From Macrostomum lignano (Eukaryota), in the NCBI GenBank assembly GCA_002269645.1, contig NIVC01001739.1:1-64000 (forward strand): a stretch of 64,000 nt of DNA, given 5' to 3'. The translations under genes and the position numbers were made by a program. Numbering within the stretch: position 1 is the stretch's first letter; each line of letters begins with the position of its first letter. Below are positions 1 through 13,117 of this stretch, one piece after another. A model generated the notes under the pieces. It was not told where the DNA came from and ran no database searches. It was given only the letters and a program-made list of their open reading frames with translations.

Positions 1-3000
1 GCTACTCTCAGCATTCTAACTAGCCCTGTCGCTGTCAATATATAGAATTAAATGGAGAGCTTAGAAATGACACTCAATGGGGCTGATATACACAGGTGCA
101 AAGATGACGCAGAGCCCGCTACTCTCAGCATCTCTAACTAGCCCTGTCGCTGTCAATATATAGAATTAAATGGAGAGCTTAGAAATGACACTCAATGGGG
201 CTGATATACACAGGTGCAAAGATGACGCAGAGCCCGCTACTCTCAGCATCTCTAACTAGCCCTGTCGCTGTCAATATATAGAATTAAATGGAGAGCTTAG
301 AAATGACACTCAATGGGGCTGATATACACAGGTGCAAAGATGACGCAGAGCCGCTACACTCAGCATCTCTAACTAGCCCTGTCGCTGTCAATATATAGAA
401 TTAAATGGAGAGCTTAGAAATGACACTCAATGGGCTGATATACACAGGTGCAAAGATGACGCAGAGCCCGCTACTCTCAGCATCTCTAACTAGCCCTGTC
501 GCTGTCAATATATAGAATTAAATGGAGAGCTTAGAAATGACACTCAATGGGGCTGATATACACAGGTGCAAAGATGACGCAGAGCCCGCTACTCTCAGCA
601 TCTCTAACTAGCCCTGTCGCTGTCAATATATAGAATTAAATGGAGAGCTTAGAAATGACACTCAATGGGGCTGATATACACAGGTGCAAAGATGACGCAG
701 AGCCCGCTACTCTCAGCATCTCTAACTAGCCCTGTCGCTGTCAATATATAGAATTAAATGGAGAGCTTAGAAATGACACTCAATGGGGCTGATATACACA
801 GGTGCAAAGATGACGCAGAGCCCGCTACTCTCAGCATCTCTAACTAGCCCTGTCGCTGTCAATATATAGAATTAAATGGAGAGCTTAGAAATGACACTCA
901 ATGGGGCTGATATACACAGGTGCAAAGATGACGCAGAGCCCGCTACTCTCAGCATCTCTAACTAGCCCTGTCGCTGTCAATATATAGAATTAAATGGAGA
1001 GCTTAGAAATGACACTCAATGGGGCTGATATACACAGGTGCAAAGATGACGCAGAGCCCGCTACTCTCAGCATCTCTAACTAGCCCTGTCGCTGTCAATA
1101 TATAGAATTAAATGGAGAGCTTAGAATGACACTCAATGGGGCTGATATACACAGGTGCAAAGATGACGCAGAGCCCGCTACTCTCAGCATCTCTAACTAG
1201 CCCTGTCGCTGTCAATATATAGAATTAAATGGAGAGCTTAGAAATGACACTCAATGGGGCTGATATACACAGGTGCAAAGATGACGCAGAGCCCGCTACT
1301 CTCAGCATCTCTAACTAGCCCTGTCGCTGTCAATATATAGAATTAAATGGAGAGCACTTAGAAATGACACTCAATGGGGCTGATATACGCAGGTGCAAAG
1401 ATGACGCAGAGCCCGCTACTCTCAGCATCTCTAACTAGCCCTGTCGCTGTCAATATATAGAATTAAATGGAGAGCTTAGAAATGACACTCAATGGGGCTG
1501 ATATACACAGGTGCAAAGATGACGCAGAGCCCGCTACTCTCAGCATCTCTAACTAGCCCTGTCGCTGTCAATATATAGAATTAAATGGAGAGCTTAGAAA
1601 TGACACTCAATGGGGCTGATATACACAGGTGCAAAGATGACGCAGAGCCCGCTACACTCAGCATCTCTAACTAGCCCTGTCGCTGTCAATATATAGAATT
1701 AAATGGAGAGCTTAGAAATGACACTCAATGGGCTGATATACGCAGGTGCAAAGATGACGCAGAGCCCGCTACTCTCAGCATCTCTAACTAGCCCTGTCGC
1801 TGTCAATATATAGAATTAAATGGAGAGCTTAGAAATGACACTCAATGGGGCTGATATACACAGGTGCAAAGATGACGCAGAGCCCGCTACTCTCAGCATC
1901 TCTAACTAGCCCTGTCGCTGTCAATATATAGAATTAAATGGAGAGCTTAGAAATGACACTCAATGGGGCTGATATACACAGGTGCAAAGATGACGCAGAG
2001 CCCGCTACTCTCAGCATCTCTAACTAGCCCTGTCGCTGTCAATATATAGAATTAAATGGAGAGCTTAGAAATGACACTCAATGGGGCTGATATACACAGG
2101 TGCAAAGATGACGCAGAGCCCGCTACACTCAGCATCTCTAACTAGCCCTGTCGCTGTCAATATATAGAATTAAATGGAGAGCTTAGAAATGACACTCAAT
2201 GGGGCTGATATACACAGGTGCAAAGATGACGCAGAGCCCGCTACTCTCAGCATCTCTAACTAGCCCTGTCGCTGTCAATATATAGAATTAAATGGAGAGC
2301 TTAGAAATGACACTCAATGGGGCTGATATACACAGGTGCAAAGATGACGCAGAGCCCCTACTCTCAGCATCTCTAACTAGCCCTGTCGCTGTCAATATAT
2401 AGAATTAAATGGAGAGCTTAGAAATGACACTCAATGGGGCTGATATACACAGGTGCAAAGATGACGCAGAGCCCGCTACACTCAGCATCTCTAACTAGCC
2501 CTGTCGCTGTCAATATATAGAATTAAATGGAGAGCTTAGAAATGACACTCAATGGGGCTGATATACACAGGTGCAAAGATGACGCAGAGCCCGCTACTCT
2601 CAGCATCTCTAACTAGCCCTGTCGCTGTCAATATATAGAATTAAATGGAGAGCTTAGAAATGACACTCAATGGGGCTGATATACACAGGTGCAAAGATGA
2701 CGCAGAGCCCGCTACACTCAGCATCTCTAACTAGCCCTGTCGCTGTCAATATATAGAATTAAATGGAGAGCTTAGAAATGACACTCAATGGGGCTGATAT
2801 ACACAGGTGCAAAGATGACGCAGAGCCCGCTACTCTCAGCATCTCTAACTAGCCCTGTCGCTGTCAATATATAGAATTAAATGGAGAGCTTAGAAATGAC
2901 ACTCAATGGGGCTGATATACACAGGTGCAAAGATGACGCAGAGCCCGCTACTCTCAGCATCTCTAACTAGCCCTGTCGCTGTCAATATATAGAATTAAAT

Positions 3001-6000
3001 GGAGAGCTTAGAAATGACACTCAATGGGGCTGATATACGCAGGTGCAAAGATGACGCAGAGCCCGCTACTCTCAGCATCTTTAACTAGCCCTGTCGCTGT
3101 CAATATATAGAATTAAATGGAGAGCTTAGAAATGACACTCAATGGGGCTGATATACACAGGTGCAAAGATGACGCAGAGCCCGCTACTCTCAGCATCTCT
3201 AACTAGCCCTGTCGCTGTCAATATATAGAATTAAATGGAGAGCTTAGAAATGACACTCAATGGGGCTGATATACACAGGTGCAAAGATGACGCAGAGCCC
3301 GCTACTCTCAGCATCTCTAACTAGCCCTGTCGCTGTCAATATATAGAATTAAATGGAGAGCTTAGAAATGACACTCAATGGGGCTGATATACACAGGTGC
3401 AAAGATGACGCAGAGCCCGCTACTCTCAGCATCTCTAACTAGCCCTGTCGCTGTCAATATATAGAATTAAATGGAGAGCTTAGAAATGACACTCGATGGG
3501 GCTGATATACACAGGTGCAAAGATGACGCAGAGCCCGCTACTCTCAGCATCTCTAACTAGCCCTGTCGCTGTCAATATATAGAATTAAATGGAGAGCTTA
3601 GAAATGACACTCAATGGGCTGATATACACAGGTGCAAAGATGACGCAGAGCCCGCTACTCTCAGCATCTCTAACTAGCCCTGTCGCTGTCAATATATAGA
3701 ATTAAATGGAGAGCTTAGAAATGACACTCAATGGGGCTGATATACACAGGTGCAAAGATGACGCAGAGCCCGCTACACTCAGCATCTCTAACTAGCCCTG
3801 TCGCTGTCAATATATAGAATTAAATGGAGAGCTTAGAAATGACACTCAATGGGCTGATATACACAGGTGCAAAGATGACGCAGAGCCCGCTACTCTCAGC
3901 ATCTCTAACTAGCCCTGTCGCTGTCAATATATAGAATTAAATGGAGAGCTTAGAAATGACACTCAATGGGGCTGATATACACAGGTGCAAAGATGACGCA
4001 GAGCCCGCTACACTCAGCATCTCTAACTAGCCCTGTCGCTGTCAATATATAGAATTAAATGGAGAGCTTAGAAATGACACTCAATGGGGCTGATATACAC
4101 AGGTGCAAAGATGACGCAGAGCCCGCTACTCTCAGCATCTCTAACTAGCCCTGTCGCTGTCAATATATAGAATTAAATGGAGAGCTTAGAAATGACACTC
4201 AATGGGGCTGATATACACAGGTGCAAAGATGACGCAGAGCCCGCTACTCTCAGCATCTCTAACTAGCCCTGTCGCTGTCAATATATAGAATTAAATGGAG
4301 AGCTTAGAAATGACACTCAATGGGGCTGATATACACAGGTGCAAAGATGACGCAGAGCCCGCTACACTCAGCATCTCTAACTAGCCCTGTCGCTGTCAAT
4401 ATATAGAATTAAATGGAGAGCTTAGAAATGACACTCAATGGGGCTGATATACACAGGTGCAAAGATGACGCAGAGCCCGCTACTCTCAGCATCTCTAACT
4501 AGCCCTGTCGCTGTCAATATATAGAATTAAATGGAGAGCTTAGAAATGACACTCAATGGGGCTGATATACACAGGTGCAAAGATGACGCAGAGCCCGCTA
4601 CTCTCAGCATCTCTAACTAGCCCTGTCGCTGTCAATATATAGAATTAAATGGAGAGCTTAGAAATGACACTCAATGGGGCTGATATACACAGGTGCAAAG
4701 ATGACGCAGAGCCCGCTACTCTCAGCATCTCTAACTAGCCCTGTCGCTGTCAATATATAGAATTAAATGGAGAGCTTAGAAATGACACTCAATGGGGCTG
4801 ATATACACAGGTGCAAAGATGACGCAGAGCCCGCTACTCTCAGCATCTCTAACTAGCCCTGTCGCTGTCAATATATAGAATTAAATGGAGAGCTTAGAAA
4901 TGACACTCAATGGGGCTGATATACACAGGTGCAAAGATGACGCAGAGCCCGCTACTCTCAGCATCTCTAACTAGCCCTGTCGCTGTCAATATATAGAATT
5001 AAATGGAGAGCTTAGAAATGACACTCAATGGGGCTGATATACACAGGTGCAAAGATGACGCAGAGCCCGCTACTCTCAGCATCTCTAACTAGCCCTGTCG
5101 CTGTCAATATATAGAATTAAATGGAGAGCTTAGAAATGACACTCAATGGGGCTGATATACACAGGTGCAAAGATGACGCAGAGCCCGCTACTCTCAGCAT
5201 CTCTAACTAGCCCTGTCGCTGTCAATATATAGAATTAAATGGAGAGCTTAGAAATGACACTCAATGGGGCTGATATACACAGGTGCAAAGATGACGCAGA
5301 GCCCGCTACTCTCAGCATCTCTAACTAGCCCTGTCGCTGTCAATATATAGAATTAAATGGAGAGCTTAGAAATGACACTCAATGGGGCTGATATACACAG
5401 GTGCAAAGATGACGCAGAGCCCGCTACTCTCAGCATCTCTAACTAGCCCTGTCGCTGTCAATATATAGAATTAAATGGAGAGCTTAGAAATGACACTCAA
5501 TGGGGCTGATATACACAGGTGCAAAGATGACGCAGAGCCCGCTACTCTCAGCATCTCTAACTAGCCCTGTCGCTGTCAATATATAGAATTAAATGGAGAG
5601 CTTAGAAATGACACTCAATGGGGCTGATATACACAGGTGCAAAGATGACGCAGAGCCCGCTACACTCAGCATCTCTAACTAGCCCTGTCGCTGTCAATAT
5701 ATAGAATTAAATGGAGAGCTTAGAAATGACACTCAATGGGGCTGATATACACAGGTGCAAAGATGACGCAGAGCCCGCTACTCTCAGCATCTCTAACTAG
5801 CCCTGTCGCTGTCAATATATAGAATTAAATGGAGAGCTTAGAAATGACACTCAATGGGGCTGATATACACAGGTGCAAAGATGACGCAGAGCCCGCTACT
5901 CTCAGCATCTCTAACTAGCCCTGTCGCTGTCAATATATAGAATTAAATGGAGAGCTTAGAAATGACACTCAATGGGGCTGATATACACAGGTGCAAAGAT

Positions 6001-7177
6001 GACGCAGAGCCCGCTACTCTCAGCATCTCTAACTAGCCCTGTCGCTGTCAATATATAGAATTAAATGGAGAGCTTAGAAATGACACTCAATGGGGCTGAT
6101 ATACGCAGGTGCAAAGATGACGCAGAGCCCGCTACTCTCAGCATCTCTAACTAGCCCTGTCGCTGTCAATATATAGAATTAAATGGAGAGCTTAGAAATG
6201 ACACTCAATGGGGCTGATATACACAGGTGCAAAGATGACGCAGAGCCCGCTACTCTCAGCATCTCTAACTAGCCCTGTCGCTGTCAATATATAGAATTAA
6301 ATGGAGAGCTTAGAAATGACACTCAATGGGGCTGATATACACAGGTGCAAAGATGACGCAGAGCCCGCTACTCTCAGCATCTCTAACTAGCCCTGTCGCT
6401 GTCAATATATAGAATTAAATGGAGAGCTTAGAAATGACACTCAATGGGGCTGATATACACAGGTGCAAAGATGACGCAGAGCCCGCTACTCTCAGCATCT
6501 CTAACTAGCCCTGTCGCTGTCAATATATAGAATTAAATGGAGAGCTTAGAAATGACACTCAATGGGGCTGATATACACAGGTGCAAAGATGACGCAGAGC
6601 CCGCTACTCTCAGCATCTCTAACTAGCCCTGTCGCTGTCAATATATAGAATTAAATGGAGAGCTTAGAAATGACACTCAATGGGGCTGATATACACAGGT
6701 GCAAAGATGACGCAGAGCCCGCTACACTCAGCATCTCTAACTAGCCCTGTCGCTGTCAATATATAGAATTAAATGGAGAGCTTAGAAATGACACTCAATG
6801 GGGCTGATATACACAGGTGCAAAGATGACGCAGAGCCCGCTACTCTCAGCATCTCTAACTAGCCCTGTCGCTGTCAATATATAGAATTAAATGGAGAGCT
6901 TAGAAATGACACTCAATGGGGCTGATATACACAGGTGCAAAGATGACGCAGAGCCCGCTACTCTCAGCATCTCTAACTAGCCCTGTCGCTGTCAATATAT
7001 AGAATTAAATGGAGAGCTTAGAAATGACACTCAATGGGGCTGATATACACAGGTGCAAAGATGACGCAGAGCCCGCTACTCTCAGCATCTCTAACTAGCC
7101 CTGTCGCTGTCAATATATAGAATTAAATGGAGAGCTTAGAAATGACACTCAATGGGGCTGATATACGCAGGTGCAAA
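1..7177. repeat. 118-bp tandem satellite, about 60 near-identical copies, open at the window start
   Basis: Unit gctactctcagcatctctaactagccctgtcgctgtcaatatatagaattaaatggagagcttagaaatgacactcaatggggctgatatacacaggtgcaaagatgacgcagagccc; unit starts at 118 and 236. Only scattered SNPs or 1-nt indels. Ends abruptly at ...gcaggtgcaaa, followed by AT-rich DNA. Confidence 0.98.
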
Positions 7178-7495
7178 TATTGTTATTTACATAGTTATTT
7201 GAATAACTATAACTTCAAATAGTTTTTCGAAGGATTGTAGTTTTGTCTCTTGAAGTCTAATATGTGTCTTTGTTTTTCTCCTTAAAGTAGTGTATCTGAT
7301 TTTAGCTTTATTTTTGTTGGGATAGGGAAAATCTTGTGTTGTTTTATTGGTTTAAGTTTCGTCATTTTTTATATGGGGTATATTTAGAATATATCCTTTT
7401 TTGAAACGGTAATTTTTTGCGCGTCATTTTTAGTTACTTAGAGGATATATTCGATTGTGTCATTTCTACATTCTGCGTCATCCAAACGCCCCCAT

Positions 7496-8200
7496 CTCCC
7501 GTAGTATATATAGATTTGGTGCCTCTTATCTCCCATAGTATCCATAGATTTGGTGCCTCTTATCTCCCGTAGTATCCATAGATTTGGTGCCTCTTATCTC
7601 CCGTAGTATCCATAGATTTGGTGCCTCTTATCTCCCGTAGTATCCATAGATTTGGTGCCTCTTATCTCCCGTAGTATCTATAGATTTGGTGCCTCTTATC
7701 TCCCATAGTATCCATAGATTTGGTGCCTCTTATCTCCCATAGTATCCATAGATTTGGTGCCTCTTATCTCCCGTAGTATCTATAGATTTGGTGCCTCTTA
7801 TCTCCCATAGTATCTATAGATTTGGTTGCCTCCATCTATCGTAGTATCCATAGATTTGGTGCCTCTTATCTCCCGTAGTATCTATAGATTTGGTGCCTCT
7901 TATCTCCCATAGTATCTATAGATTTGGTTGCCTCCATCTATCGTAGTATCTATAGATTTGGTTGCCTCCATCTATCGTAGTATCTATAGATTTGGTTGCC
8001 TCCATCTATCGTAGTATCTATAGATTTGGTGCCTCCATCTATCGTAGTATCTATAGATTTGGTGCCTCAATATACCGTAGTATCTATTGATTTAGTGTCT
8101 CCATCTACTGTAGTATCTATAGATTTGACACCTCCAGCTGCTGTAGTATCTATAGATTTGGTGCCTCCATCTCCTGTAATGTCTATAGATTTGGTGCCCT
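7496..8200. repeat. 33/34-bp minisatellite with a divergence gradient
   Basis: The 34-bp unit cgtagtatccatagatttggtgcctcttatctcc on the left grades into more diverged 33-bp units on the right. Confidence 0.92.
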
Positions 8201-9855
8201 GTCTTATGAACCCCAAAGCTCGTAATTGATTAAATATTTCTTCTAGCAGTCTCGTGGAGTCAGAAGGCAGCTCACCTAATCCTGGAATAGGTGACCGGAT
8301 GTACCAGTTCCAAGACAACTGGCTTGCATGCACAAGCAATTTAATATTATCCACAACCGACGCTAATACTGTCTGTCTTACGCAGATATCAACGCGCACA
8401 GGAATGAAGGAAATGCCCTCCAATACTCGAGTATATCATTATGGAACAGAGATAAGAGACAGATATAGCAGATATCCTAGTTCGGAATTCATGGAGTATT
8501 GTGTAGTGTATAAGTTTGTGCTCTGTTTTCTATAATTCATTCAGTTAGTCGTTCAAGTAGCTGTTTTTTAACCATGTGCAGCGCGGAGTGTAATGGTGCA
8601 TTCCATTACAGATACTGAAATTGTGTAACAATCTATATTCTTATGACTTAATCGGTACTATAATTACCTACTTACTATTCGGTAAGTTGAACTGGAGTCA
8701 GCTGTCATCTTATTGGAAGTCGAGAATTTACAACCGGATTAGGGGATCACCTGTTGGTTTTGTAACACCAGGGATTAAGTAATGGATTAGGGGTCACCTG
8801 TCCCCCTAATTAGGGGTCACCTGTCAGCTGAACCAGAGGCTAAGAGGTAATAAAATAGCAAATTAATTTTCTGTTCTCTCCTTTCTGTTAGTTTTTTGCT
8901 TCAAGTCACGAGTTTTACTGTTTATTATTGTCAAGCACCGCTCACTGGGCCATTGGCAGATGCAGCTAATATTAGATGGTGCACGCGGCTCCATTAACAT
9001 CATGGAGCATGAAATTGTCACTCGGATTTTTAATAAACAAACGAGCTTTAGCAATTAACATCATGGTTGTGAGTCATTGCTTTATATTATAAACTTGCCC
9101 CGCAACGCAGTTTCGTAACAAATTTCAAGAGTCACACAGCAGGTTGAAATTCTGTTTAACACTTCATCGCGAAAATATTTACTTGAAGTTGTTTATTTTT
9201 TTGAACATTTTTATGGCTGAAATCTTCTTATCCGGAATACTGCGTAATAGGCGAAATAGCTCGTATGAATTTGTTTTCATTGAAAGTGCGAAAATTGACA
9301 CGAAATAAATGACTTTTACCATAGACAGCCTCTCGGCAGTCAGCTTTGAGTAGCTGAGCGGATAACTTGCTGTGCGGCCCAGGGGGGGGGGGTTGTCGTG
9401 TCGTGAGAGAATAACCAGTTATCATTGCTTAATTAGTGCTAAAATTAATAATTATGGCAATTTATAGTAGTGCTAAAAATCTAAAAAAACGTGTTGCATA
9501 TTATTATGCCGGAACAGAAAGCAGTCCCTGACCCAGTCCCTGAGCATTACCTAACCTCAACTCGTACCCTGTTTCTTAATATATTGCATCTGCACTAGAT
9601 ATTTTTGGATGCTAAATGCTGCTATTGTGCTTGATGTAGGGTTGAATCTAGGAGGGTCAGGCAGTTTTAGCCAGTTCGAGTTGGAGGAGTGAGTGAGCGC
9701 TCCATACACTCTGTCCTTCTTTGTCCGCCTCCTCCGCTGCCCCTTCCGAGTTTGCCAGACTAAAGCAGTGACGCATTGTGCAGTGATTGTCATTCTAAAA
9801 GAAGATCTGCTTATGCATATACCGGTAGCTTAATCATATAGGACTCAAGGGCCCA

Positions 9856-10382
9856 TGACTCAAGCTCATCCTGACCTTATGAGTCCTATGACTACTCGCC
9901 TTGCGCTTAGATAGAGAGCTCATTACTAAAATTCAAGATTCCCGTGACCTACCAATTCTGGTGATATAAATAATGATTTTAAAATCTCATGACTCAAACG
10001 CAATGAGCTCATATCAATAAAGCATCGCCCTTGAGTCGTTTGACCGAACACACCGAACTCGGAGCTCAAGAATTATGACTCAAATCATACATGTGCAACA
10101 GCCAATCCACAAAATACCCGAAAATACAGGCCTAATAGTACTGATTAGATGACGAGACATTTAGCCTCAACAGTACAGTTATAGTTACTCCTGCCGTTTA
10201 CCCAAAATTACGTTAATTTTGCAAAGGTTTTTTTGAAGGTAAATCAGGAGGTTGCGCATGTATGACTCAAATATATCCCCATAACACGTGAGTAAAACTC
10301 ATAGAGCTCGTCATTCAAGTTATGAACACCCAATGATATCCTCATGACTCAAACACTCCATGCCACCGACAGAGCTGACTCA
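9856..10382 (+). promoter_or_regulatory. Cluster of six TGACTCA (AP-1-type) sites at the 5' end of the ETS gene
   Basis: TGACTCA at 9856, 9990, 10076, 10263, 10345 and 10376, all in the same orientation and followed by A. Function is inferred, not shown. Confidence 0.4.
10086..10264 (-). mobile_element. MITE, 179 bp, 14-bp TIR, 8-bp TSD (hAT- or P-like)
   Basis: Left TIR catacatgtgcaac (10086-10099), right TIR gttgcgcatgtatg (10251-10264). Perfect flanking repeat actcaaat at 10078-10085 and 10265-10272. The interior is homologous, in reverse orientation, to 13442-13663. Confidence 0.85.
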
Positions 10383-12827
10383 AATCGCACAGCGTCAACA
10401 ACATCAGCTGCCGAGTTGCTCATGGAGCTGTCCCACTCCAGCACCCCGTCAACGGTGGAGTCCATGTCCGGCCCGCCGCCTCCCATCTCAACCGGAGCGT
10501 CAGGGATTTCTCTCACATCCGGTACGCGCTTCTTCAGCGCCGGTGGCGGCGCCAGCATGTTCCCGCAGCACCGGCCCGTGGCGGCAGCCGACAGCGAGAT
10601 GTTCCACGACTTCCCTCGACCTGCGGCAACCAATTCGTCGCTTCTATTCGACAGCATGAAATCCTTGCCGCCGCCGCCGCCGCCTTCGCAACTGCCGAGC
10701 CTGTTCCAGTCCCAGCTGCTGCTGCAGAAGTCGATGCCGCCGCCGCAAGCGGCACCGACCCTGACCCTGCCGTCTCCCATGCCGCCGCCGCCGCCGCCAA
10801 TGCCACCGGCGTCTCAGCAGCAGCAGCAGCCGTCGTTCTATCGCAGTCCATTCGCTCGAGCCTCCCCGCCGCTGTGCCCCGGCCAGGACTCAGAGCTGTA
10901 CGGGCCAGCCAGCTTCCAGAACGGCGGCGCCATCATGGTGCCGCCAACCATTGAGTCTGGCGAGCCCAGTCTGCAGAATCCGAAACAGTCCAAGCAGCAG
11001 GAGGTGCTCATGCTGGCTGAGCTGGGACAGCTGCCGCTGCCGGCTATGGAGAGTGAGTCGCTGTACAGACAGTAGATACAGACTGTTACAGGCAGTAGAT
11101 ACAGACTGTACAGACAGTAAATACAGACTGTACAGACAGTAGATACAGACTGTTACAGACAGTAGATACAGACTGTTACAGACAGTAGATACAGACTGTA
11201 CAGACAGTAAATACAGACTGTACAGACAGTAGATACAGACTGTACCAACAGTAAATACAGACAGTTCAACATATCGGTAGATACTGACTGAACATATCGG
11301 TAGGTACAAACTGTACACATTGGTAGATACAAACTGTACATATCGGTAGATAGACTGTAAATATCGGCAGATACATTCTGTATATAACGGTAGGTACAAA
11401 CTGCACATATTAGTAGATACAGACCGTACATATCGGTAGATACAGACTGTACATATTGGTGGTACAACTACATATCGGTAGATACAGACTACATATCGGT
11501 AGACAGACTGCAAACAACTTTGCAACAATGTACAAATCTCGCACCCCGCAGGCTGGGATCCGAAGCAGCGGATGTTCTGGCTGAAGTGCATGCTCACCAA
11601 GCACCTGCACCAGCCGAATCCGGCTGAGCTGGCAGAGCGAGTACAGAAGCTGCGCATGGTGGAGACCTGCATCAGGGCTCAGCCGAACACGCCGCTAGAG
11701 AGCTATATAAACATATTTGGCGAAATCTTTGACAAGCGAATCGCTTTGAAGTTGCAATACGAGCTTGATGCCTGGAAGCAAGGTGCTCATTGTTAATGAA
11801 TAGGAAATTTCCGGCTTTGCTTTCTTAGAATTGAAGTTTTATGCATTTTTAACTCCGCATCATATCTGAATTGCAGTCTGCGACAGCATTCCAATGAAAA
11901 TGACCAACGCCAGCTACCTGGGTAAGCGATTTAAACAAATAAAATTTGTTGTTAACTTGCATGATTTGTTTATCTGAGGTCAAATGAAGGTCAACATTGA
12001 GCAGTTCGAAAATTCATAAAAAGCATTAAAGCATTTAAAGCTCCAATTGAAGGGATTGGCGTAGAGAAACCGGGACCCAATGCTTCAGACTCGAGGCTCC
12101 ATTTTAGAGCCTTTGGTTCACATGAAATCCCCATTTATCCCATTTCTCCCCATAGAGATCCCCAAATGCTAAAATTTTCGATTTTAGGCACAAAGGGAAT
12201 TTAAGAAAAAACCGCAAAACCCCGAAAACTCCGATCCCGACAGCCTAAAGGTCAAAGGTCAAAGTCGAACGTTGAGATTATTTTGTAGCCCAAAGATTAA
12301 TCTCATTTTTTTGCTATTCCTGAAGGCTACAAAGGTCAATGTTAAAAGTGCAATTCTTCCTGAAGGTAATTGTAAGTGTGACATTGTGGGCAAATAATTT
12401 TCGCAAGAAGTTCATGCACAGCCTGAACCGCCAATTACATTAATTGAACTCAGCCGCGTCGCCGGAGAAAGTTGGCGGCGATCACCTGTGGGAGCACATC
12501 CTCCGGCTGCTGATGAATGAGGATCCCACAGTGGAGTGGCTGAACATCCAGGAGGGCCTGTTCCGATTCGTTGACAGCAGCGGCGCGGCCCGGTCGTGGG
12601 GCATGACCAAGGGCAACATGAACATGAGCTACGAAAAGATGAGTCGCAGCATCCGCCAGTACTACACAGACGACAAGAACGGCTTGATCCAGAAGGCCAC
12701 CGAGTACCCCAAGCTGCACTACAGGTTCAACATGTTCCACCCCGAGGTGGTGTCATTCTTGAAGAAGAACTTCATGGAGGTCTGCCAAAGGCACGCCTTC
12801 CTGTGCACTGTGGTCAACTCCATGTGA
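10344..12827 (+). CDS. PNT(SAM)+ETS-domain transcription factor, SPDEF/PDEF-like, 3 exons, about 437 aa
   Basis: Exons 10344-11052 (donor GTGAGT, phase 1), 11552-11782 (cgcag acceptor, PNT-like SWDPKQRMFWLKCML...IALKLQYELDAWK, phase 1) and 12454-12827. ETS domain HLWEHILRLL..WLNIQEGLFRFVDSSGAARSWGMTKGNMNMSYEKMSRSIRQYY..LHYRF; SRSIRQYY is the SPDEF-type signature. The start codon is the first in-frame ATG and is unverified. Confidence 0.9.
11065..11510. repeat. About 18-21-bp degenerate minisatellite in ETS intron 1
   Basis: Units of cagtagatacagactgt(t)a grading into atatcggtagatac. Confidence 0.85.
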
Positions 12828-13111
12828 GGCGGGAAAATTGCCACCAGCCAAACTTTGACTTCACTCTTCACCCTTAGAACAGGAGTTTCCCTTCACACCT
12901 CCGCCAGCCCAGCGAATTGATGTACTCGTAATGTACTCTCATCTGCGACACCTCCCTAGACATCGAAATCCAGAATTTTTAGTTGAAATCTTGTCTAAAT
13001 ATTCTGAAGAATGCCAACTTGCAGATGTATAGATGCGGTAAGACTTTGTAAATCAGTAAGTATACATTTATATGAATCCCATTCTTCCTCACTTGAAATC
13101 CAAACTGCCCG

Positions 13112-13117
13112 AATAAA
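13112..13117 (+). terminator. Candidate polyadenylation signal of the ETS gene
   Basis: AATAAA about 285 nt after the stop codon. Confidence 0.4.

Noticed and set aside
1-7177. 5S rDNA, SL-RNA, CRISPR or hammerhead array for the 118-bp repeat
   Set aside because: There are no unique spacers, no resemblance to 5S or spliced-leader sequences I recognise, and no CUGANGA plus GAAA hammerhead core on either strand. CTAG is followed by C rather than the T expected at a Helitron 3' junction.
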